Positions 1 through 8,657 are shown, counted from the first letter of the stretch. The stretch: DNA of 64,000 nucleotides from an uncultured Thermoplasmata archaeon (GCA_963735185.1 CAVTJV010000007.1:328161-392160); one strand, 5' to 3'. Notes: generated by a model not told the origin, from the sequence alone. Translations and numbers: made by a program.

Positions 1-222
1 TACCGCGTCTCTACCCAGAGCCGCCTCCTGCTCAACGAGAACGCCCGTCGGATCATCGACCTCGGCCGCGACCTGGTCGCTCTTGAGGAGAGCCTGAAGC
101 TCACCCTCACCAAGGCGATCGAGGAGGGGCTCGCCCCGCTCGAGGAGCGCGTCGCGGCCCTCGAGGGCCGTCGGGCTCCCCCCGCCGAGGCGTCGGCCGA
201 CCCTCCTGCGGAATCGCACTAG
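1..222 (+). CDS. 3' end of a hypothetical coiled-coil protein (5' end outside window)
   Basis: Frame 1 is open from base 1 to TAG 220-222. Leu/Glu-rich heptad-like sequence (LEESLKLTLTKAIEEGLAPLEERVAALEG). No family recognised. Confidence 0.35.
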   Translation, partial: YRVSTQSRLLLNENARRIIDLGRDLVALEESLKLTLTKAIEEGLAPLEERVAALEGRRAPPAEASADPPAESH

Positions 223-234
223 GCGTACGCTCCG

Positions 235-1107
235 ATGCGCCTCTCTCCCCGACACCCCCGGTTCGCCAGCTTGCAGGTGCGGGCGGCGCTCGCCGAGGCG
301 CACCGCCGAGGCCTGGTCGTTCCCGAGGGGCTCATCGCCCAGGGACGCGGCGAGGCGTTCGACTACCTCATCGGCGAGCGCACGACCCCGGGGGCCCGAC
401 GGGCGGAGCGAGCCGCCGCGGAGTGGCTGCTCGCGGCCCGGCACCCGGTCGTCAGCGTCAACGGGAACGTCGCCGCCCTCGCCTCGAACGAGGTCGCGGC
501 GCTCGCACGGGCTGTCCCGGGGCTCGATGTCGAGGTGAACCTCTTCCATCGCACGGGCTCCCGGGCCCGCCAGGTCGCGGCGGCGTTGCACGCCGCCGGC
601 ATCCGACGCGTGCTCGGGGTGCGGCCGACCGCTACGATCCCACGGCTGCCGTCCGACCGGGCGAAGGTCGACCGACGCGGGATCTGGGACGCGGACGTCT
701 GCCTCGTTCCGCTCGAGGACGGGGACCGGACCGAGGCGCTCCGGGCCCTGGGAAAGCGGGTGATCTCGGTCGACCTGAACCCCCTCTCTCGGACGAGCCG
801 GGCCGCCGACCTTCCGATCGTGGACGAGGTACGCCGCGCGCTCTCCGAGGTCACGCGACAGGCCGAGGCGCCGACGGAAGGTCGCCCGCCCGCCCCGGTT
901 CACCCGGTTCGACCGGCGCGCGGCGCTCTCGGACGCGCTCGCGGCGATCGGCCGCGGTATCAGACGGACGGCAGCTCGGCGCCCGACCGCTCCACGGCGG
1001 GACCGAGCCTCGCCGCGACGGCCTCGAGGAACGCCCGGTCGGACGCGTCGAACGCCTTGACGGAGTTCCCGTCGATATCGATCTCCCCAACCACGCGGCC
1101 CGCCTGA
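235..1107 (+). CDS. 4-phosphopantoate--beta-alanine ligase (archaeal phosphopantothenate synthetase); 3' end unreliable
   Basis: Motifs GRGEAFDYLIGERTT, VVSVNGNVAALA, VNLFHRT, LVPLEDGDRTEAL and SVDLNPLSRTSR fit the archaeal PPS family (COG1701-like). The last ~70 codons are Arg/Pro-rich and overlap the convergent GAF gene. The +1 frame there reads RFDRRAALSDALAAIGRG. Confidence 0.75.
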   Translation: MRLSPRHPRFASLQVRAALAEAHRRGLVVPEGLIAQGRGEAFDYLIGERTTPGARRAERAAAEWLLAARHPVVSVNGNVAALASNEVAALARAVPGLDVEVNLFHRTGSRARQVAAALHAAGIRRVLGVRPTATIPRLPSDRAKVDRRGIWDADVCLVPLEDGDRTEALRALGKRVISVDLNPLSRTSRAADLPIVDEVRRALSEVTRQAEAPTEGRPPAPVHPVRPARGALGRARGDRPRYQTDGSSAPDRSTAGPSLAATASRNARSDASNALTEFPSISISPTTRPA

Positions 1108-1451
1108 CGGACCGGGACGACGACCTCGGCCCGGGTCTCGAGGAAGCAAGCGAGGTAGTTCGGGTCGGACCGGACATCGTCCACGATGACCGACCGGTCC
1201 TCGCGGACGGCCTGTCCGCAGATCCCCCGGCTCACGGGGATCCGCGTGTGCTCGGTCGCCCGAGGCCCTTCCCAGGCGTCGAGGACGAGCTCGGTCCCCT
1301 CGAGCCGATAGACCCCGACCCAGGGATAGTGAGGGAACGAGTGCCGCAGGAACCGACAGACCTCTTGGAGCGCCTGGCGGCCGGAGAGCCGCGAGAGGAT
1401 CGCGTCGACCTGCAGGAGCGCCGGGGTCTGGGCTCGGTCCGGGACCGTCAT
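960..1451 (-). CDS. GAF-domain protein, free methionine-(R)-sulfoxide reductase-like
   Basis: Internal ATG at 1451. GAF/fRMsr-like sequence (YPWVGVYRLEG, SRGICGQAV, VVPVRQAGRVVGEIDIDG). The upstream part of the 299-aa ORF is Arg/Pro-rich and not protein-like. Confidence 0.7.
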   Translation of the reverse strand: MTVPDRAQTPALLQVDAILSRLSGRQALQEVCRFLRHSFPHYPWVGVYRLEGTELVLDAWEGPRATEHTRIPVSRGICGQAVREDRSVIVDDVRSDPNYLACFLETRAEVVVPVRQAGRVVGEIDIDGNSVKAFDASDRAFLEAVAARLGPAVERSGAELPSV

Positions 1452-1675
1452 GGCGGGTTTCGAGGCCCCCCGAGAGGGTCCCGGGCCGAGCGGGGAGCGC
1501 CGAGGGGGAGAATCTCCGCCGCGACGGGTCGGCCGTCCTCGGCGTTTGAACTCCCGAGGCGTATTCCGCCACGAGCTTTCCAGACTCGCGCCGTACCGGA
1601 CTGAGCCACCTCGGCACGCCCTCGCCGATGGACCGGAGTCGGGCGATAAGCTTAGCGGAGGCGCGATGGACGACG

Positions 1676-1915
1676 CTAGTCGCGGAGCGGGTACCACCGG
1701 CAGTTCGCGCAGCCGACGCCGCGCTCCTCGCCGGGGATCGTGGCCCCGCAGCTCGGACACGGCACGGCCGGAGGGACGGAGAGCGCGAGGCAATCGAAGC
1801 ACGCCCCTCCGCGCCGGTCGTCCGGAAGGAGGACGAGCTCCTTCCCGCAGAAGAGGCATCGAGAGAGACGTTCATCGGGCAAGTCGAAGCTCCGACTGTC
1901 CGCAAACGAAAGCAT
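1676..1915 (-). CDS. small double zinc-ribbon protein
   Basis: Four CxxC pairs (CLFC, CFDC, CPSC, CANC). ATG 1915 lies ~28 nt downstream of an AT-rich box, and the ORF-track start at 1942 lies inside that box. Confidence 0.45.
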   Translation of the reverse strand: MLSFADSRSFDLPDERLSRCLFCGKELVLLPDDRRGGACFDCLALSVPPAVPCPSCGATIPGEERGVGCANCRWYPLRD

Positions 1916-1939
1916 CGGCGCTCCACCATTTGGCCGGTA

Positions 1940-1947
1940 CATAAGGA
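1940..1947 (-). promoter_or_regulatory. candidate TATA box for the zinc-ribbon gene
   Basis: Minus strand reads CCTTATGT in otherwise GC-rich DNA. Its centre is ~28 nt upstream of ATG 1915. Confidence 0.35.
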
Positions 1948-1997
1948 CTCGCGCGACGGGCCCGCTTCGACGCGTACCGGAGGCCCGTCCGGGCGTC

Positions 1998-2747
1998 TTA
2001 CGGCTCCTTCCAGCGGGCCTTGACCGCGGCGAGGATGAACAGGGCGGCCGTGAACGCGATCAGGACGCCCCAATCCAGCGCCGCGCTCGCGAGCGTGAGC
2101 GGAGTCCCGAGGCCGCACGACCCTTGGACCAGCTCGGCGGCGTAGGTGGTCGGCGAGATGAGGGCGGCGGTCTGGGCCCACGCCGGGAGAGCGGAGATCG
2201 GATAGTAGACCGGGGGAAGGACCGTGAGCACGAGCGAGATCATCGGGCTGAAAAGGAAGGTCTCCCGCACGTCCTGGAAGTACGTCGCGAGGGTGAACGC
2301 GAGCGCGCTGCCGAACGCCCAGACGAGGACGCAGACACCGGTGATCACCGCGAGGCTCACCACGGTCGGGTGCCCCAACGCCACGAAGAGCGCGACGAAC
2401 ACCGCGAGGGCCGGCAGAGAGTAGACGAGCTCGCTCAGCGCCATCCCGGTCACGTAGGTCGGCGCCTCGACGGGCGAAGCGACCACGACGTCCTGGAACT
2501 TCAGGTCGTGTCGGTAGTGGGTGAGGTCGCTCTGCAGGCTCGTTCCCACGGTCATCATCGTCAGCACCATGCCGCCGGTGATCCCGTAGTCGAGGTAGGA
2601 GCCCCGCGAAACGATGAAGATGAAGAAGAGGAACGAGAGCGGGGAGGCGACCGTGTTCAGGATGTAGAGCGGCGTCGTCCGGATGGGGATGATGCCGTTC
2701 AGCTCGACGAGGGTGAGGACCGAGCGCAGGCGGTTGCGCTCGCTCAC
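1998..2747 (-). CDS. ABC-2 type transporter permease
   Basis: 249 aa with about six hydrophobic helices. ATGA overlap with the upstream ATPase gene at 2744-2747. Confidence 0.8.
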   Translation of the reverse strand: MSERNRLRSVLTLVELNGIIPIRTTPLYILNTVASPLSFLFFIFIVSRGSYLDYGITGGMVLTMMTVGTSLQSDLTHYRHDLKFQDVVVASPVEAPTYVTGMALSELVYSLPALAVFVALFVALGHPTVVSLAVITGVCVLVWAFGSALAFTLATYFQDVRETFLFSPMISLVLTVLPPVYYPISALPAWAQTAALISPTTYAAELVQGSCGLGTPLTLASAALDWGVLIAFTAALFILAAVKARWKEP

Positions 2748-3706
2748 GCGACCGCCTCCGCCGTCGCGTCGTCCTTCTCCGCGGACTCGGAGTCCTCCTC
2801 GATCGACTTCCCCACGACGTCGAGGAAGATGTCCTCGAGGCTCACGGGGCCCATCGAGATGCGGAGACCCCGCTCGAGGGCGCGTCGAGCGACCTCGTGC
2901 GCCTCCTGCTCGCGCGTGAAGAGGAGCATCCCTCCCTCGATCTCGGTGACCTTCCCAAAGGAGGCGAGCTCCTCCCGAGGGAACGACCCCTGGATCGTGA
3001 CGCGGTAGGGGTACCGGACCCGCGCCCGCAGGTCCGCGGGCGTCCCCTCCAGCTTGAGCCGCCCCGATTCGATGAGCGCGAGGCGCGAGGAGAGGGCCTC
3101 CGCCTCATCGAGGTAGTGGGTCGTGAGGACGATCGTCCGATTCTCCCGGCTCGCGCGGCGGATCGCCTGCCAGACCTCCCGCCGGGCGATCGGGTCGAGG
3201 CCGGTGGTCGGCTCGTCGAGGAACAGGACGTCCGCGTCCGACGCGAGGACCATGGCGCACATCGTGCGTCGGCGGATCCCGCCCGAGAGCCGGGAGACCA
3301 GAATGCGGCGGTAGTTGGTGAGCGACAGCTCCTCCAGGACATCCCGCGTCCGTCGGCGGGAATCCTTGGGGTCGAGGCCGCGCAGCTTCAGGTAGAGATA
3401 GATGACCTCCTCGACGTTGAGGAAATAGAGGGGACGCGACTCCTGGGGGACGCACGCGATGCGCGTGCGGATCGCCCGCTCCTCGGTCCGGATGTCGTGC
3501 CCGAGGACGTAGACCGTGCCTTTCGTTGCGGCCAGCTGGGTCGCCGCGATCCGAACGAAGGTCGTCTTGCCGGCGCCGTTCCGCCCGATGAGACCGTAGA
3601 CCCGTCCCGTCGGGATCTCGAGCGAGAGGTCCTCGAGCGCGAACTTCCCGGGCCGGGCCTTGGGGTACGTCTTGCCGAGGTGGTCGGAGGAGATCGCCGA
3701 CGACAT
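2744..3706 (-). CDS. ABC transporter ATP-binding protein (ABC-2/DrrA-like)
   Basis: Walker A GRNGAGKTT, signature LSGGIRRR, Walker B VLFLDEPTTGLD, H-loop LTTHYLDE. Confidence 0.9.
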   Translation of the reverse strand: MSSAISSDHLGKTYPKARPGKFALEDLSLEIPTGRVYGLIGRNGAGKTTFVRIAATQLAATKGTVYVLGHDIRTEERAIRTRIACVPQESRPLYFLNVEEVIYLYLKLRGLDPKDSRRRTRDVLEELSLTNYRRILVSRLSGGIRRRTMCAMVLASDADVLFLDEPTTGLDPIARREVWQAIRRASRENRTIVLTTHYLDEAEALSSRLALIESGRLKLEGTPADLRARVRYPYRVTIQGSFPREELASFGKVTEIEGGMLLFTREQEAHEVARRALERGLRISMGPVSLEDIFLDVVGKSIEEDSESAEKDDATAEAVA

Positions 3707-3762
3707 CGAATCCCTTCCCGAGGCTCGGACGGACGCTTGAGGGCTCGCTCGCTTCGGTCCGC

Positions 3763-4830
3763 TCAGCTCAGGATCTCGGTCAGGCGGTGCTCCGACCGCC
3801 CACGGGCGATCTCCTGGGCGATGCGCTTTCCGGTCGAGAGTCCGGGCTCGATGAGGTCGGAGTAGGGGCTGCCCGAGATGAACAGGTTAGTGCCCGCCAC
3901 GATGCGGGTCGAGACCTCGAAGACCTTGAACTCGAGACCCTCGGTCATGATCCCCTCCACGCAGAACGGGCCGACCATCCCGCCGAACAGCTCGATCGAC
4001 CGTTCGACGATCCGAGCGGCAACGTCGAACGCTCTCGGCAAGAGCGACTCTCGGAGGATCACGGGCACGTTCCCCGTGACGACGAACGTCGGTCGGATCC
4101 CGGCTTTGAGGAGCTCCTCCTCGGCCCCGAGCTTGTACAGCTCGTCGATGTTCGCCTCGTCCCGCCGGTCCATCCCGAGGAGCTCGAGGGAGCCGTGACC
4201 GACACGGTAGCCCCGGTCGGAGAGCGGGGAGTAGAAGAAGTGCATGTAGTACCGGGTCCCGAGCACGTATTCCTGGATGACGTGCGGACCGGTCGGGCTG
4301 AACTCCTCGAGGGCCTTGCGGTTCTTCGCGAGGAAGAACCCCTTGCCGCCCTTCGCGCCGTAGTACTTCACGATCACCGGCCCATCGACCTCGGCCGGGC
4401 TTTCGTACCGGCGGGGCATCAGGACGCCGGCCGACTCGAGCCACTGGCGCTCCTTCTCCCGGTCGGTCTCCCAGGCGAGGACGGCGCGGTTCCCGAACAC
4501 GGGAACGTCGAGCTCGGCGAAGGTGTCGGCCCCGACGTACTCGACGAACGACCCGTGCGGGATCACGATTGCTCCCTCGGCCCGGAGCCGCTCGGCCGCC
4601 GACGCGAGTTCCTTCGCGCGGGGGACGGACAGGAAACGGTCCGGCCGCGCGAGCGGGAACGCGTCGTAGAACCGCGGGGGAGGCCCGACGGAGATGCCGA
4701 GGGTCGGGAACCCGAGCGCACGCGCGCCGTGGAATATCTGGAGGGACGAGTGAGAACAGAGCGTGGCGATGGTAGGCGTCCGTCCCTCCAAGGACGATAG
4801 GCGAGACTCAGGAGCGAGGGGAATCCCCAT
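3763..4830 (-). CDS. purP: 5-formaminoimidazole-4-carboxamide ribonucleotide (FAICAR) synthetase PurP
   Basis: N-terminus IATLCSHSSLQIFHGARALGFPTLGI and an ATP-grasp body typical of archaeal PurP. 355 aa. Confidence 0.85.
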   Translation of the reverse strand: MGIPLAPESRLSSLEGRTPTIATLCSHSSLQIFHGARALGFPTLGISVGPPPRFYDAFPLARPDRFLSVPRAKELASAAERLRAEGAIVIPHGSFVEYVGADTFAELDVPVFGNRAVLAWETDREKERQWLESAGVLMPRRYESPAEVDGPVIVKYYGAKGGKGFFLAKNRKALEEFSPTGPHVIQEYVLGTRYYMHFFYSPLSDRGYRVGHGSLELLGMDRRDEANIDELYKLGAEEELLKAGIRPTFVVTGNVPVILRESLLPRAFDVAARIVERSIELFGGMVGPFCVEGIMTEGLEFKVFEVSTRIVAGTNLFISGSPYSDLIEPGLSTGKRIAQEIARGRSEHRLTEILS

Positions 4831-4880
4831 ATGGGGGAGTACCGGGAATGAAACTTAGCCTTTGCGCGGACGAGCGACGC

Positions 4881-6083
4881 CTAGCTCTCCGACGGACCGC
4901 CCTCGAGCTCCCAGTACCACTTGACCTGGCGGGAGGCGGTCTCGGCGACCTTGCGACGGACCTCCGGGTCGACCGTCGGGTCCCGGACCAGCCGACGGAC
5001 CTCCTCGGGGGTGCCTGAGGAGACCCGGGCCGAGAGCCCGGACCGCTCCAGCAGAGGGCGGACGCTGTCGAGCGAGTACTGCCACGTCTCCTCCCGACGT
5101 CGAACGGCCACGGCGTGGCTGCCGGGGACGCGATGGACCCCGAGCTCCTCGGCCGCGCGGTGGAGTTCCTCGGCGGTCCGGCGAAGCTCGGTCTCGAGGC
5201 GCCCTTCCTCGGCCCGAAGCGTTTCGAACCGGTCCACGAGGCCGCGAAGCCGTTCCCCCTCGGCCGTCGGCACCGGACGGAACTCCGGGCATCGGTCCTG
5301 GAAGTCGCACCGGGCGCACTGACGACCCGGGGCGGGCTCGAACGCCTCCGCACGGATCCCGTCGAGCGCCGTCCCGAGCCGGTCGTGGAGCCCGGCGAGA
5401 GCGGCGCGCTCGCGCGGCGGGGCCCGCAGGGGCGTGAGAGACCGAAGGTGGTAGAGCGTCAGGCCCTGGACGGGCTCGGCGTAGTTGCTCTCGACCAGTA
5501 CCTGGTACAGGCTGAGCTGGTCGGAGTCGCGGGCGTCGTCGTTCGAGAGGTCGCGCGACGTCTTGTAGTCGACGATCTCGAGACCGCCGTCCGGCGTCCG
5601 GTCGATCCGGTCGATGTAGCCGTGGACGGGGATCCCGTCCCAGCGGGCCTCGAGGTGCTCTTCGACCGCGACCGGGAAGGGCCGCGCCCGCACCAGGAAC
5701 TCGTAGTACCGCAGTAGGATCTCGCGGCCGAGAGCCCGGTACCGAGACTCCTCCTCCAGAGAAGTATAACCCTCGCTGGACCACGCCCGCTCGTAGGCCG
5801 CGAGCATCTCCTCGGCGCTCATCCATCGCCCCGGTGCGGGAGGGGACGAGCGAGCGTGCCATTCATCGAGCGTTCGCTGTCGGTCGCTCTCGCCGGCCCG
5901 TCGGGCCGCGGGTACCACGAGCGGCGCGACGAGCTCCTCGAGGACCGAGTGGACGACGCGTCCGAAGGTGAAGTACCCTCGGGGCGTCTCGGGGAGCTTG
6001 TCCACGTAGAGGAACCGCCAGCGCAGCGGGCACTCCTGGTAGGTACGGAACGAGGAGTAGCTCAGCGCCGGGACCGCGGGCAC
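4881..6083 (-). CDS. PD-(D/E)XK nuclease, Cas4/RecB-like, with 4-Cys cluster and C-terminal coiled-coil extension
   Basis: N-terminal Cys (YQECPLRW) plus CARCDFQDRC give the Cas4/AddB-type Cys pattern. Nuclease core HGYIDRID...LEIVDYKTS. About 130 extra C-terminal residues rich in E/R/L. Confidence 0.75.
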   Translation of the reverse strand: MPAVPALSYSSFRTYQECPLRWRFLYVDKLPETPRGYFTFGRVVHSVLEELVAPLVVPAARRAGESDRQRTLDEWHARSSPPAPGRWMSAEEMLAAYERAWSSEGYTSLEEESRYRALGREILLRYYEFLVRARPFPVAVEEHLEARWDGIPVHGYIDRIDRTPDGGLEIVDYKTSRDLSNDDARDSDQLSLYQVLVESNYAEPVQGLTLYHLRSLTPLRAPPRERAALAGLHDRLGTALDGIRAEAFEPAPGRQCARCDFQDRCPEFRPVPTAEGERLRGLVDRFETLRAEEGRLETELRRTAEELHRAAEELGVHRVPGSHAVAVRRREETWQYSLDSVRPLLERSGLSARVSSGTPEEVRRLVRDPTVDPEVRRKVAETASRQVKWYWELEGGPSES

Positions 6084-6147
6084 GTTCCGCGACCCGCCCA
6101 GGGGTTCATCTGGTTTCCGGGGGCCGTCCCCCGGCCCTTCCCGAGCC

Positions 6148-7254
6148 TTAGTGGCCGGCCGCGGGAGCGCCCAGGGGGGCGTTCTCGCTCGCGGCTCCCG
6201 CCTCGGTCGGAAGGGTGCCGCGCGCCTGCGGGTTGGTCAGGTTCTTCGGGAGGCCCAGAAGCTCGAGGAGCTCTTTGTAGTGGTTGCGGATCGTGACCGG
6301 GGTCACGTTCGCGACCGCCGCGATCCGGTCCTGGCTGCGGGGCTCGCCCATCAGGTTGGACGCGATGTAGATGATCGTAGCGAGGATCCCGTTCGGGAGC
6401 ACGCCGCTGGTCGAGTAGACCTGCTCCACCTGCTCGAGGAGCGAGAGGACCTTCTGCCGGACCTCCTTCGAAAGGTTGAGGTCCTGCGTGAACCGGACGA
6501 GGTAGTCGCGCGGCTCGACCGGCTTCAGCCCCAGCTTGAGCTCGCGAGCCAGGAGCGTGTAGGCACGGCCGACCTCGATCTTGGTCGCCTTCGAGTGGGC
6601 GATGATCTCCTTCATCGTCCGCGGGACGTGACACTGACGGCACGCCGCGTAGACGCTCGCCGCGACGAGCGCGACGATCTTCTTTCCGCGGGTCGCCTTG
6701 TGCTCGAGGGCCCGGCGGTAGATGTACGTCGCCGACTCCTTGACCTCCCGGGAGAGGCCGAGGACGCCGGCGAGCCGGTTCAGCTCGCCGAGAGCGACCA
6801 CGAGGTTCCTCTGGTGGGTGCGCGCGGCACGGAGCCGGTGATTGAGCTTGCGCAGGTGGTAGAACTTCAGCGAGGTGTTCCGCGACAGCGAGTTCCCCTG
6901 GAAGTCGCGCGTCGGGACCCCGATCTCGCTGAAGAGGCCCTTGTCGGGCATGAGCGGAGAGATGACGGGACCCCAGCCGCGCGCCTCCCGGCCGGTGTCC
7001 TCCTTCGAGCCGCGCTGGCCGCGGTCGCTGACGAGAGCGCTCTGGTCGACCACGAGTCCGCAGTCCGCGCAAACGATCTCCCCGCGGATCTCGTCCCGGA
7101 TCAAGTGGGATGAGCCGCAGTTGGGGCAGACCTCGGCTACGGGGGGAGCCTGAGCCGCTACGGCCCGGACCTCCGTGGGGACGGGTCGGCCGAGAGCCTT
7201 CACGCTAGTGGCACGGGGGTGGGGTCCAGAGGGCGCGGGAGAGCTGGTCTTCAT
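6148..7254 (-). CDS. tfb: transcription initiation factor IIB (TFB)
   Basis: Zn ribbon CPNCGS...CADCG followed by two cyclin-like repeats. ATG 7254 is preferred over GTG 7266 because of the TATA position. Confidence 0.9.
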   Translation of the reverse strand: MKTSSPAPSGPHPRATSVKALGRPVPTEVRAVAAQAPPVAEVCPNCGSSHLIRDEIRGEIVCADCGLVVDQSALVSDRGQRGSKEDTGREARGWGPVISPLMPDKGLFSEIGVPTRDFQGNSLSRNTSLKFYHLRKLNHRLRAARTHQRNLVVALGELNRLAGVLGLSREVKESATYIYRRALEHKATRGKKIVALVAASVYAACRQCHVPRTMKEIIAHSKATKIEVGRAYTLLARELKLGLKPVEPRDYLVRFTQDLNLSKEVRQKVLSLLEQVEQVYSTSGVLPNGILATIIYIASNLMGEPRSQDRIAAVANVTPVTIRNHYKELLELLGLPKNLTNPQARGTLPTEAGAASENAPLGAPAAGH

Positions 7255-7284
7255 AGCTTGTAGCACTCCCCAATTAAGGGCTCC

Positions 7285-7292
7285 TATTTATA
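7285..7292 (-). promoter_or_regulatory. TATA box of tfb
   Basis: Minus strand reads TATAAATA inside CCTATAAATAGG. Its centre is ~34 nt upstream of ATG 7254. It is the most AT-rich spot in the neighbourhood. Confidence 0.7.
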
Positions 7293-7319
7293 GGTTCGTT
7301 CGTTTCATGTAACGATTGT

Positions 7320-7356
7320 ATGCTACACATGCTACACCATGCGCCGGTGTAGCATG
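7320..7356. repeat. three copies of the 9-mer ATGCTACAC (two tandem direct, one inverted) forming an 11-bp hairpin
   Basis: ATGCTACAC at 7320-7328 and 7329-7337, and the inverted copy GTGTAGCAT at 7347-7355. Stem CATGCTACACC (7328-7338) pairs with GGTGTAGCATG (7346-7356). Confidence 0.8.
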
Positions 7357-7361
7357 CCGTT

Positions 7362-8636
7362 TCAGGCAGGGGTCGCCGTGAAGACGCAGCCGCGGCTCGC
7401 GTGCTTGGTCGGGTCCGGCTTCGAGACCTCCCAGTGCTGGCCCAACCGGGTCTCGAGGACGGTGCGCAGGAGAGCGGAGCACATCACGCGCCCGATCTCG
7501 GGGGAGTCACTGGTGCACGCGAAGCACCCCGTGACGCGGAGCGTCAGGGGGCGCTCGCGGACGGTCGCAAGGTGGCCCATCGTGTGCGTCTCGTAGTACA
7601 TCCCGAGCGACCGTGCCACCTCCTCCGGGGTACGTCCCTCGACCTGGCCCGCGATCTCGCGCCCGAGCTGACGTGCGATCGTCTCGATCAGCTCGGGAAG
7701 GTGGAGGTGGAACTCTCGGACCCCCGACGCCCGCATGCCGAGCTTGGCGACGTCCTTCAGCCGTTGGAACGGCACGGACTCCTTGCCGGAGACCACGGGA
7801 AGGACCGCTTCAGGTGGGGTCTCGAGCTCGACGAACCGGGCCTCCGCCCGGGTGGCCGGTGTCCACATCCGCCGGTGGTAGTCCCGGGCCAGACGGATGA
7901 ACATCGGCGCGGACGACCAGAGGGCGACCTGCTCTTCGCCGGAGCGCCCGAGCCCGTCCTCGCTCGAGACGTACACGAGGGAGCCGAGCCGGTCGATCAC
8001 GACCGCCCGGTTGGCGACGGGGTTGCTCGAGTGCCGGAGCTCGGAGAAACCGGAGAAATGCTTCGCCTCGACGAGGTTCTGGGAATCGACCTCCGCGACG
8101 ACGCGCACCTTCACTCCTCGGGTGCTCGCCTCCCGGAAGGCGCGGTCCAGACCGAGGTCGACGAACCGGGAGAGCGTCCGCTCGCTCGCGCTGACGAGGA
8201 TCTCTCGGTCGGCGGCCCCGATCCGCTTCAAGAGGAACCGTCGGATCGCCTCCGTACCCTCGAGGACCGCGAACTTGCGCGGGTCCCGTTCATCGAACTC
8301 GTCGCGGCCCTCCGCCCACTCGGAAAGAATCCGGTCCCGGTCCTTCTCGAGCTGCTGCAGCCGCTCGGAGGCCCGATGGATGCAACGGTCGACCAGCTCG
8401 TCCGGGGAGAGCGCCTCGAACCGTCGGGGCCGACTGCCCGTCGCTCGGAGGAGGCCCTCGGCGCTCAGCTGCTTGATGAACCGGTAGGCCTCCACGCGAT
8501 TCACCGCCGAAACGCGGGCGAGCTCGCTCGCGGTCATCGCCCCGCCTCGGCACGCGGCGAGGTAGACCCGCGCGCCCTTCTCCGGGACGCCGTGCTGGGA
8601 GAGGAGCTCGAGAAGGCCCGACCGTGGCGCCGCCAC
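7362..8636 (-). CDS. TrmB-family transcriptional regulator fused to a C-terminal V4R-like domain
   Basis: N-terminal wHTH (GARVYLAACRGGAMTASELARVSAVNRVEAYRFIKQLSAEGLL). C-terminal Cys pattern GCFAC...C...GCVF is typical of V4R. GTG 8636 was chosen because the longer ORF overlaps rps2 and a TATA box sits 26 nt upstream. Confidence 0.7.
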   Translation of the reverse strand: MAAPRSGLLELLSQHGVPEKGARVYLAACRGGAMTASELARVSAVNRVEAYRFIKQLSAEGLLRATGSRPRRFEALSPDELVDRCIHRASERLQQLEKDRDRILSEWAEGRDEFDERDPRKFAVLEGTEAIRRFLLKRIGAADREILVSASERTLSRFVDLGLDRAFREASTRGVKVRVVAEVDSQNLVEAKHFSGFSELRHSSNPVANRAVVIDRLGSLVYVSSEDGLGRSGEEQVALWSSAPMFIRLARDYHRRMWTPATRAEARFVELETPPEAVLPVVSGKESVPFQRLKDVAKLGMRASGVREFHLHLPELIETIARQLGREIAGQVEGRTPEEVARSLGMYYETHTMGHLATVRERPLTLRVTGCFACTSDSPEIGRVMCSALLRTVLETRLGQHWEVSKPDPTKHASRGCVFTATPA

Positions 8637-8657
8637 GGAAGATGGAGGCGGCCGCCC

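Noticed and set aside
4825-4836. Perfect 12-nt palindrome CCCCATATGGGG containing the purP start codon.
   Set aside because: It is short and isolated, and I saw no second copy. It could affect translation initiation, but there is no supporting evidence.
7320-7356. Possible miniature CRISPR-like or mobile-element repeat.
   Set aside because: There are only three 9-nt copies, with no spacers, no cas genes, no terminal inverted repeats and no target duplications. A hairpin or operator is the simpler reading.
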